Below are positions 29,701 through 36,863 of a DNA stretch of 64,000 bases, in pieces (positions within the stretch are counted from its first letter, which is position 1; every line of letters begins with the position of its first letter). The translations under genes were made by a program, and so were the position numbers. Source of the stretch: Candidatus Merdinaster equi (lineage in GTDB: Bacteria; Bacillota; Clostridia; Lachnospirales; Lachnospiraceae); the NCBI GenBank assembly GCA_018064935.1, contig JAGHUF010000004.1, positions 21,432 to 85,431 of the forward strand. The letters run 5' to 3'. The notes below the pieces were generated by a model. The model was not told the DNA's origin, did no database searches, and saw nothing but the letters and a program-made list of their open reading frames with translations.

Positions 29701-30272
29701 ATCTTCTGTTTTTTATTAATCGCATTGAGAAAAGAATCGACATTCTGCTCATTGCCACGAATTCTTGATAATCCACGATATATTCCGAGATATTTTAGAT
29801 CATTTCCATGAAATACAGATGTAAACTCAGAGCTATAGAATAAAGACACTGCCTCAGACCAGTTACTCTTAGCCAGATTGGCAAAATGGAACAGATTCTT
29901 GACTGGTCCCATTGATGAACTTATTACGCCATGCATGGCTGACACAGAATATGGAATCACGCACTCGCCCGCGCTGCTTATGATAGATATTTCACCCTTC
30001 TCAATATCACCCTCTTCAAGCCCATCAGCTTTGAATGAATAATATATTTCCGCATTTTTCCCCTCGAAGGTGCTGGTGAGAATTTGCATCCGCATAGACG
30101 AAGAAAAAACCATCCCCTTGACGCTCTGTCCATCATCTGTGGACACACTAAAAGAACCCTGCTGGGTACTCTGATCGCTTAGGGATAGTTCAATCCGATT
30201 AACAGAAACAACAAGGGTGCTTCTGTCGTAATTAAATTTTCCTTCCGTTATATTGCGGACTGTCTGCTGCAA
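26712..30272 (-). CDS. uncharacterised 1186-aa protein: two N-terminal beta-sandwich-like segments, long alpha-helical-repeat body, C-terminal beta domain (module gene 1)
   Basis: TTG start with AGAGGA 8 nt upstream. I found no Walker A, nuclease, protease or TM motifs. Composition alternates beta-rich stretches (ISIISSAGECVIPYSVSA, KIHIYSPYTSIEIPVLVTRP) and Y/L/E-rich helical stretches. Confidence 0.6.
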   Translation of the reverse strand: MQQTVRNITEGKFNYDRSTLVVSVNRIELSLSDQSTQQGSFSVSTDDGQSVKGMVFSSSMRMQILTSTFEGKNAEIYYSFKADGLEEGDIEKGEISIISSAGECVIPYSVSAMHGVISSSMGPVKNLFHFANLAKSNWSEAVSLFYSSEFTSVFHGNDLKYLGIYRGLSRIRGNEQNVDSFLNAINKKQKIEYLPMEEHIRIEDPYDVEEGKVTITRNGWGLTALAIETDGDFLSTEKNYLTDDNFLGNICTFSYYVDSSKLHAGNNYGKIHIYSPYTSIEIPVLVTRPYSRALRRSVKKQMQELTLSLMEYYTAFRLKKISSDMWLKNTADIVDRMNAIDEKNLSARMFQAQILITQDRVNEAKWILGRVEAELEKTDSKPEEYCYYLYLTSLVNRDEEYVNQVTSKVEDIYARYSDNWRIAWLLLYLREEFAKSPYKKWMFLEQQFYGGCISPVLYVEALTLLNANPTLLMKLTEYELQILNFAAKKELLKRDLILQIHALVQRTRTYSSRLLFILEKCYQVAEDDDTLELICTMLIRGNKTSEKEFAWYSLGVERELRVTRLFEYYMMAIPESYTRELPKMIMMYFAYHSELSYDKKAFLYANVYRYRDKFPEIYDTYRTLIEEFVIDQIRQSHITRDLAYLYKELVNEAVLRDEQLVEAFVPILFSHLITVNDESIRQLVIIYDKLKGEMTYPVVGGKAIVPVYSSDYSIVLQDAGGNRIASEELYDIEKLMIPGRFIKIIGERVSTHLGLDLHLCGNTENGITITVKNAVSFRRLWKSDRITEAFRKEIRLRLAKFYYENDLISEVDEILADVSPATMGEKERAEFLQLLVNRGMYDVAYSWLAQYGEGLADGNILIRLVSRLIVRMEYKEDDTLLTLAFSIFRKKRYDENLLRYLIAYYQGTIRNLRDLWKAGSEFDLDVNELCERIIVQYLFTGCYVGEKNQLFYSYVKNGAKKVVEIAFLTSEAQGYFEDEQVMDSEMWTYYTRLFYRGEELQDVCKLAYLKYYADCADRSEETLQLCVRFLEEFMGKSIVFPFFRNYGKVLPSLSLILDQTMIEYHAEGGTDVTIHYCIERGTGEAEYLTIPMKRMYRDIYVYSFVLFFGETLQYYITENRDGEEQLTQSDTISKNDTNEVSPDSRYALLNDMMVAGNLGEYMTFNSVYENYSEKKYVVGQLFRSEV

Positions 30273-30312
30273 GTTATTTTCCTCTTATCCTCATAGTCCT
30301 TTTTATTATAAT

Positions 30313-31365
30313 TTAAGGGGTGTTCAAACGCAATATTTTTACCCTCTGAATGAACTCTCTGATAGTGTTCATCCCAGCTGGTGAGGTTCCCCCAGTTGTG
30401 ACCGCTCCGGCAGAGGCAGCTATGCTTATTTTAAGCTTCTGCTCCATATCCTCGCCCCGCTCACTTGAATAAGAATAAGCAGCTACGAGAGCATCTCCTG
30501 CACCTACGGTAGATATCGCATCAACCTCGAGTGCCGGACAGTAATAATGGGTATCCTGAATCAGAAAAAGAGCACCCAATTCACCAAGAGACACAATAAC
30601 CTCTCTAACCCCCTGCTCGCGCACCAGATTCCCCATCAGGTAGGCCGATGTAATTAATGAAATCTCAGAATCCGAAAGGCCATCACCTGCCTTTTCCCCT
30701 ATGCCTGCTTTCTTCAATTTTGCTTCCACACGGCTAAGGAGTTCCTGTTTTTCAGTCCTTTTCTCATCCAGATGAAAGCCCGAATTCTCTATGTATTTCT
30801 CAAGTTCTTCATAATTAGGCTTTACTATATCCGGAACACATGAAAGGGCTTTGATAAGGCCTTCTCCATCTGCGTCTACAAACGCAAAAGCACCCTTGTC
30901 ATGAACGAGGGTGATCAGTTTATCATATATGTCTGTATTTATTCCTTTGGGAAGGGAACCGCTTATTATTACATAATCGCCAATTCTGATAGCATTTGTA
31001 AGCTTATCAAATAATCCTGCCAGCTCATCCTCAGTTATCTCAGGACCAGGTTCATTAATCTCAGTAACAAAGCCATCATCACCTGTGACCTTCAGATTAG
31101 TCCTTGTGGCCTCACGAATTCTGACGAAGTCATGCTCAATATGCATCTTGTCAAGGGTGTTGGCTATCTGCCACCCTGCCATTCCTCCCAGAAAACCTAC
31201 TGCGAGAGATTTGCCACCAAGACTTTGTATCGTCTTGGAAACATTTATCCCCTTGCCACCGGCGTCTTCTCTGACGCCGGTAACACGGTTTAATTTTCCT
31301 ACTTTAAGTGCCGGCACACTAACAGTTTTATCAATTGCCGGATTCATTGTAATTGTAATAATCAT
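30313..31365 (-). CDS. PfkB-family sugar(-phosphate) kinase (1-phosphofructokinase / tagatose-6-P kinase-like)
   Basis: MIITITMNPAIDKT, DAGGKGINVS and TVGAGDALVAAY are PfkB signatures. The ATG at 31365 is 1 nt past the htpG TAA (31367-31369). The track start (TTG at 31377) would overlap htpG by 11 nt. Confidence 0.8.
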   Translation of the reverse strand: MIITITMNPAIDKTVSVPALKVGKLNRVTGVREDAGGKGINVSKTIQSLGGKSLAVGFLGGMAGWQIANTLDKMHIEHDFVRIREATRTNLKVTGDDGFVTEINEPGPEITEDELAGLFDKLTNAIRIGDYVIISGSLPKGINTDIYDKLITLVHDKGAFAFVDADGEGLIKALSCVPDIVKPNYEELEKYIENSGFHLDEKRTEKQELLSRVEAKLKKAGIGEKAGDGLSDSEISLITSAYLMGNLVREQGVREVIVSLGELGALFLIQDTHYYCPALEVDAISTVGAGDALVAAYSYSSERGEDMEQKLKISIAASAGAVTTGGTSPAGMNTIREFIQRVKILRLNTP

Positions 31366-31366
31366 C

Positions 31367-33430
31367 TTATTCTGCAAGAAGGAGCATTATCTTGTTAGTA
31401 CGTGCAACAAACTTAGTCATAGCTTCAGGATCAAGTGGTGCCTGCTGAAGAAGTGCCATATCATAGAGCTGTTCGCAGATAACACTTACATTATCACCTG
31501 ACTGATTATCCAGAATATACTGTACAAGCTTGTTATTGGCATTCAGAGTAAGAGTCATTCCCTCTTTGCCCATTCCGCCAGGCATACCCATTCCAGCCAT
31601 TCCGTACATCTTCATCATATCCTGCATACGGCGTGTTTCCTCAGAAAGAGTAATCATTGATGAAATGTCTTTATTCTTAAGATTCTCAAGCTTAACAGAA
31701 ATATTGTCCTTCTTAATTATCTTCTTGAAGAGCTTTTCTAAATCCTTGCTCTTTGCCTCTAATTCTTCAGCCTGCTTCTTGCTGGTTTTACCCTTCAGTT
31801 CATCATTGATGTCAGCATCGATTCTCATGAAGTGAATTCCTTCATTCTTAGATTCAAGCTGGCTGATGAATGGTTGGTCAATATTATCCTTAAGAATAAT
31901 TGCATCCTTCTTAGCCTTGCGGAACATATTGATGTACTGGCTCTGCTGAACTTCATCAGTTACGTAGTAGATGACCTTATTCTTCTCTTCTTTTTCATCT
32001 GCATCAGCATCCTCACCAGGCTTGATTTCCTCAGCTTCAACCTTCTCTCCGCTCTCTGCATCAACCGCATCAGCTGCATTCTCATCGCTATCAGGATCTG
32101 TAGCTTTAACTTCAAGGCATTCTGGAAGCGTCTCATATTTGCCGTCAAGATTCTTAAAGAGAATGTAATCTGTCATCTTCTCACAGAACTTATCATCCTT
32201 AAGACATCCATATTTGATAAATGGATTGATATCATCCCAGTACTTCTCATACTCCTCTTTCTCAGTCTTGCACATTCCTGAGAGCTTATCTGCAACCTTC
32301 TTAATGATGTAATCTGAAATCTTCTTAACAAATCCATCATTCTGAAGGGCTGAACGTGATACGTTCAATGGAAGATCAGGACAGTCAATTACTCCCTTTA
32401 AGAGCATAAGGAATTCAGGAATAACCTCCTTGATATTATCAGCGATAAATACCTGATTATTGTACAGTTTGATAGTTCCTTCGATAGACTCATACTCCAT
32501 GTTAATCTTAGGGAAGTACAGGATACCCTTTAAATTGAATGGATAGTCCATATTCAAATGAATCCAGAACAGAGGCTCCTTGTAATCATGGAATACCTTT
32601 CTGTAGAATTCAACGTAATCTTCCTTGGTACATTCAGTTGGATTCTTGGTCCAAAGAGGCTGTGTATCATTCAGAAGTTCTGGGCGCTTTGCAATCTTCA
32701 GTTTCTTAGCATCGCCCTCCTTCTCAGGAGCTATTTCCTCAATCACCTTATCCGAATCAAGCTTCTCGCTCTCTTCGATAGTCTGAGTATCAGTTGTGTT
32801 CTCCTTTGACAGATAAATCTCATAAGGCATGAAAGAACAATACTTCTTAATAACCTCGCGCGCTTCATATTCATTACAGAACTTGAGTACATCCTCATTG
32901 AGGAAAAGAGTAATCTTTGTTCCTACTTCCGCCTTGTCTCCTTCTTCCATATCGAACTCTGTTCCACCATCACATTCCCAGTGAACAGGCTTTGCTCCCT
33001 CTTTATAAGAAAGCGTATCAATATGAACCTCGTCAGCAACCATAAATGCCGAATAGAATCCCAGACCAAAATGACCAATAATCTGATCATCTCCAGCCTT
33101 ATCTTTATACTTCTCAATAAAATCTGTAGCTCCTGAGAATGCAATCTGGTTAATGTACTCCTCAACCTCATCAGCTGTCATTCCAAGACCATTATCTATA
33201 AAAGTAAGAGTCTTTTTCTCAGGTGAACATATTACCGAAATCTGTCCCTTGAAGCCCTCTGGAAGCTCATATTCTCCCATCATGTCCAGCTTCTTCAGCT
33301 TGGTAATTGCATCACAGCCATTTGATATTAACTCTCTGTAAAAAATATCATGGTCAGAATATAACCACTTCTTAATTATTGGAAAAATGTTATCAGAATT
33401 AATTGATAAGCTACCATGTTTTGATGCCAT
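31367..33430 (-). CDS. htpG: molecular chaperone Hsp90
   Basis: FYRELISNGCDA, DNGLGMT and GHFGLGFYSAF are the GHKL Hsp90 motifs. Start is set at MASKHG (33430), 9 nt downstream of AAGGGAG. The track start at 33469 lacks an RBS. Confidence 0.95.
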   Translation of the reverse strand: MASKHGSLSINSDNIFPIIKKWLYSDHDIFYRELISNGCDAITKLKKLDMMGEYELPEGFKGQISVICSPEKKTLTFIDNGLGMTADEVEEYINQIAFSGATDFIEKYKDKAGDDQIIGHFGLGFYSAFMVADEVHIDTLSYKEGAKPVHWECDGGTEFDMEEGDKAEVGTKITLFLNEDVLKFCNEYEAREVIKKYCSFMPYEIYLSKENTTDTQTIEESEKLDSDKVIEEIAPEKEGDAKKLKIAKRPELLNDTQPLWTKNPTECTKEDYVEFYRKVFHDYKEPLFWIHLNMDYPFNLKGILYFPKINMEYESIEGTIKLYNNQVFIADNIKEVIPEFLMLLKGVIDCPDLPLNVSRSALQNDGFVKKISDYIIKKVADKLSGMCKTEKEEYEKYWDDINPFIKYGCLKDDKFCEKMTDYILFKNLDGKYETLPECLEVKATDPDSDENAADAVDAESGEKVEAEEIKPGEDADADEKEEKNKVIYYVTDEVQQSQYINMFRKAKKDAIILKDNIDQPFISQLESKNEGIHFMRIDADINDELKGKTSKKQAEELEAKSKDLEKLFKKIIKKDNISVKLENLKNKDISSMITLSEETRRMQDMMKMYGMAGMGMPGGMGKEGMTLTLNANNKLVQYILDNQSGDNVSVICEQLYDMALLQQAPLDPEAMTKFVARTNKIMLLLAE

Positions 33431-33491
33431 ATAATTCATCTCCCTTTCTATATACATGCCATTTATCACGGCAAATTATTACGATATTTTC

Positions 33492-33520
33492 AGTTTATGA
33501 CCTTAAAAGGCATAAGTCAA
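33492..33520 (-). promoter_or_regulatory. candidate sigma-A promoter of htpG (-35 TTGACT, 17 nt, -10 TAAACT)
   Basis: Reverse strand reads ctcTTGACTtatgccttttaaggtcaTAAACTg, immediately downstream of CIRCE and about 60 nt upstream of the htpG ATG. Confidence 0.45.
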
Positions 33521-33527
33521 GAGAAAA

Positions 33528-33554
33528 TTAGCACTCACTAAACATGAGTGCTAA
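33528..33554. promoter_or_regulatory. CIRCE operator (HrcA binding site), perfect consensus TTAGCACTC-N9-GAGTGCTAA
   Basis: TTAGCACTC at 33528-33536, a 9-nt spacer, and GAGTGCTAA at 33546-33554. It overlaps the stop codon of the PrsA-like gene and abuts the htpG -35. Confidence 0.85.
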
Positions 33555-34677
33555 TAGTCATGAAAAAATCTGTTGTTTTTACATCTTCATCAGAGATTAT
33601 TGTTATCTCTTTCCACAGCTCATCATTGATATTCTTTGTGAGCTTTGCAACAAATTGTTCATATATCTCGTCAAATACAGCTTTCTTTCTCTCATCGACA
33701 ATTTTTATTTTATTATTATCTGTCTCATCTTTGTCAAAAGAAGAAATACATCTGATAATCTCATATCCATCCGGCGTCTCTACAATGTCCGATATTTCTC
33801 CATTGCCCAGAAGAAATGCAGCCTTTTCAAATTCAGGTTCCATATCGCCATGCATAAACGAATAGAAATTATCTGCAGCCTCATTGTACTCAAGCATAAT
33901 AGATTCGAATTCTCCAGGCCTTACAGCTTCCTCCACGACATTGCCTTCGTCATCTAAAACTGCTTCTTTTCCCTTCACCAGCTCAAGGACTGCCAGTGCT
34001 CTTTCATAGGCTTCCTGCTTCATTCTGCTCGTGAATTCAATCTTCTCCCCTTTTCCATTAAGCGAATAGGTCTTAATCAGGATATGCTCAACAGTTATGG
34101 TTCGCGCTTCATCATCGGATATTTCAGGATTAATGTCCTTTACTATGTAGTCATATGTCTTTTCAGCAAGCACATATTCTGCATACATTTTCTGGATATC
34201 TTCCAAAGAGACATCTAGTACTTCCAGTTCCTTATCACTTAGCGACATAAAGTAATCTTTTGCCGCCTGCGTTACCGCATCATTCTCTTCCTGCGTCAGC
34301 TCAACACCCTGTTCTCTGGCCAGAAGAACCATCGCCTTCACTCGGGATATTCTGGCCAGAACTGTGTCCTTTAATTTATCCTCAAGTGTAAGTCCTTCCT
34401 CACCAGAGGATTTCTCCCATATCTGTGAATCAAGTATGTTCTCATACTGATTCTGTGTATTTATTAGATACACCATGAACTCTTTTTGAGAGCAGGACAG
34501 ATTCTCAATACGAAACAGCTCTCCGGCACCGAAACCATCTGTAAGAACGATCTTGGTCTGCGGTACATTTTCACCGTCTCCCCCTGCCGCACAGCCTGTT
34601 AGTGCAATGATAAAAACAGCACCTAGCATCGCTGCAAGAGCGCTTCCCTTTTTTATGTTTTTTGGCTTAAATTTCAT
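33538..34677 (-). CDS. PrsA-like peptidyl-prolyl isomerase lipoprotein (parvulin type)
   Basis: 379 aa. Lipobox IIALTGC. Rotamase domain ITVEHILIKT...EFEKAAFLLGNGEISDIVETPDGYEIIRC. Confidence 0.75.
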   Translation of the reverse strand: MKFKPKNIKKGSALAAMLGAVFIIALTGCAAGGDGENVPQTKIVLTDGFGAGELFRIENLSCSQKEFMVYLINTQNQYENILDSQIWEKSSGEEGLTLEDKLKDTVLARISRVKAMVLLAREQGVELTQEENDAVTQAAKDYFMSLSDKELEVLDVSLEDIQKMYAEYVLAEKTYDYIVKDINPEISDDEARTITVEHILIKTYSLNGKGEKIEFTSRMKQEAYERALAVLELVKGKEAVLDDEGNVVEEAVRPGEFESIMLEYNEAADNFYSFMHGDMEPEFEKAAFLLGNGEISDIVETPDGYEIIRCISSFDKDETDNNKIKIVDERKKAVFDEIYEQFVAKLTKNINDELWKEITIISDEDVKTTDFFMTISTHV

Positions 34678-35421
34678 CTAATCTACCGATTCATTCCCCG
34701 TCAGCAAAATGCATTTTTCTCTACCCTGCACTGCCTTAATGTAATCTTTTATATCCGTAAGTCTGCGCCCAAATGCCATCCCGCCATACAGAAGATTTAC
34801 TGAATGGATATCCGAACCTGCAGTCTGCGGCATATTATGCTTCTTCGCATACTCCAATGCCCTTACATCAAATTCCGGATTGTTGTGCGCCTTTGACCTG
34901 ATGCTTTCATGCGTGGCATTTACCGTCTCGACGCCATCGCAGTATTCCGGATACAGAACAATTTCCGGGATATACCATTCCTCACGAAATGGATGTGGAT
35001 GAATCACCATTCCTCCACCTTCATGGACCATTCTGTACTGCTCTGCTATCGTACAATTTCTGATTTCAGGGTGTGCTATAAGCCATTCCTTATCCAGACC
35101 ATACACCAGACTTTCCGTTCCATTAAAACCTGCCTCCCAGCCAAAAAACACCTGAAGACCAATTCTGTCTCCTTCCTCTTTGGCATTCTCGTAACCCAGG
35201 CAGAATTCCTCAACCCAATCACGCCAGGGAAGTGATACATCAACAGCTGTATTACCGCCAATAAAATGATTGGTCACAATAATCCCTGTATATCCAGCTT
35301 CCTTACAACTGTATGCCATTTCACGTCCATCATTGGCCGCACACTTAGACCCTTCACTTGTATGAAGATGTGTTTCGTACGCATATGGATAATCTGGCGG
35401 AAGTTTTAGTCTATCTCTCAT
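34678..35421 (-). CDS. PHP-domain metal-dependent phosphoesterase
   Basis: 247 aa. YETHLHT, VTNH, HPHP and GSDIH metal-ligand motifs. Its start overlaps the folA stop (ATGA). Its stop abuts the PrsA-like ATG. Confidence 0.7.
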   Translation of the reverse strand: MRDRLKLPPDYPYAYETHLHTSEGSKCAANDGREMAYSCKEAGYTGIIVTNHFIGGNTAVDVSLPWRDWVEEFCLGYENAKEEGDRIGLQVFFGWEAGFNGTESLVYGLDKEWLIAHPEIRNCTIAEQYRMVHEGGGMVIHPHPFREEWYIPEIVLYPEYCDGVETVNATHESIRSKAHNNPEFDVRALEYAKKHNMPQTAGSDIHSVNLLYGGMAFGRRLTDIKDYIKAVQGREKCILLTGNESVD

Positions 35422-35912
35422 TTCTTTTTTCTTTCATATTTGATAAAAGAATATGCAATATCAAAGTAAGTCTGTTCATCAGAATCAGCTGTAATCTCCC
35501 ACTCCGGATCCTCATCAAGGTTAGGGAAATAGGCATCAGCCTCGTAGGCATGGTCTATCTTGGTGACATGCACGGTGTCAACATATGGCAGCATCTCTCT
35601 ATAAACGCTGGCTCCTCCAATGATAAATATATCCTCATCGGGATAATTCTTAAGTTCCTCCAGCAATGCCTCTGTACTTCCCACTACAATTGCATCCTTT
35701 ACCGAGAAATTCTTATCACGCGACAGGATTATATTCTGACGCTTTGGAAGAGGGAGGCCCTGTGGAAAAGTCGCCAGTGTCTTGCGTCCAAGAACTACCA
35801 CCTTGCCTGTTGTTGTCTGCCTAAACATTTTCATATCATTTGGAATAGATACAAGGAGATTGCCTTTATTGCCAATCGCCCAGTTTGCATCTACCGCTAC
35901 TATCATGTTCAT
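35418..35912 (-). CDS. folA: dihydrofolate reductase
   Basis: 164 aa. MIVAVDANWAIGNKGNLL...MFRQTTTGKVVVLGRKT. Confidence 0.9.
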   Translation of the reverse strand: MNMIVAVDANWAIGNKGNLLVSIPNDMKMFRQTTTGKVVVLGRKTLATFPQGLPLPKRQNIILSRDKNFSVKDAIVVGSTEALLEELKNYPDEDIFIIGGASVYREMLPYVDTVHVTKIDHAYEADAYFPNLDEDPEWEITADSDEQTYFDIAYSFIKYERKKK

Positions 35913-35913
35913 A

Positions 35914-35941
35914 TTAATCCTCGTTTCTGAGCAACTTGCTG
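35914..35941 (-). promoter_or_regulatory. recurrent leader motif, copy 2 of 3 (between thyA and folA)
   Basis: Plus strand reads ttaatcctcgtttctgagcaacttgctg. On the coding strand this is CAGCAAGTTGCTCAGAAACGAGGATTAAT-ATG. Confidence 0.5.
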
Positions 35942-35950
35942 CTACTTCAT

Positions 35951-36799
35951 TTATATTGCTATAGGAATATTCTCAATCTGAGGCCCTGTGATATAATTCT
36001 CAACCTTTACATCATCTCTCGTGAACTGGTAAAAATCGTGAACATCGGGGTTGAGTGTAAACTTAGGTGCATCATACTGTGGTCTTTCAATAAGTTCCTT
36101 AACCAGCGGAATGTGTCTGTCATAGATATGTGCATCAGCAATGACATGTACCAGTTCTCCCACTTTCATGTCACACACCTGTGCAAGCATGTGAACAAGA
36201 ACCGAATACTGCACAACATTCCAGTTGTTCGCTGCCAGAACATCCTGTGATCTCTGATTCAGCACAGCATTAAGTGTCAGTCTTCCATCCTGCTTATCCT
36301 GAGTTACGTTGAAAGTCATACTGTATGCACATGGATACAGATTCATCTCGCTGAGATCCTGATGAACATAAATATTAGTCATAATTCTTCTTGAAAAAGG
36401 ATTATTCTTAAGGTCGTAAATAACACGATCCACCTGGTCCATCATTCCTTCTTTGTACTTATGCTTAACACCAAGCTGGTATCCGTACGCTTTTCCAATT
36501 GAGCCATTTTCATCAGCCCACTCATCCCAGATATGGCTATGCAGGTCATGAATATTATTTGATTTCTGCTGCCAGATCCACAGAATCTCATCCGTTGCCG
36601 ATTTGAGCGCTGTCTTTCTGAGCGTTATCAGAGGGAATTCTTTTGACAAATCATATCTGTTAACAACACCAAACTTCTTAATTGTATATGCCGGAGTTCC
36701 ATCCTCCCAGTGAGGTCTGACTTTCTCACCCTCTGTGCTTGTACCATTTTCGATAATATCACGGCACATATTGATAAATATCTGATCTGCGTAACTCAT
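35951..36799 (-). CDS. thyA: thymidylate synthase
   Basis: 282 aa. LRKTALKSATDEILWIW, NLYPCAYSMTFNV (catalytic Cys) and LNQRSQDV. Confidence 0.95.
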   Translation of the reverse strand: MSYADQIFINMCRDIIENGTSTEGEKVRPHWEDGTPAYTIKKFGVVNRYDLSKEFPLITLRKTALKSATDEILWIWQQKSNNIHDLHSHIWDEWADENGSIGKAYGYQLGVKHKYKEGMMDQVDRVIYDLKNNPFSRRIMTNIYVHQDLSEMNLYPCAYSMTFNVTQDKQDGRLTLNAVLNQRSQDVLAANNWNVVQYSVLVHMLAQVCDMKVGELVHVIADAHIYDRHIPLVKELIERPQYDAPKFTLNPDVHDFYQFTRDDVKVENYITGPQIENIPIAI

Positions 36800-36863
36800 T
36801 TATTCTTTCTCCAAACTACAATATTACCTGATTCATATAAATACTATGTTTTGTTGCCGGAGC

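Noticed and set aside
23357-30272. Considered whether the four-gene module is an anti-phage defence system, for example STAND-like or a giant NTPase.
   Set aside because: None of the four proteins has a P-loop, nuclease, protease, TIR, SIR2 or methylase motif. There are no flanking mobile-element genes. The context is core metabolism and heat shock, so a proteostasis or stress role is favoured. Defence is not excluded.
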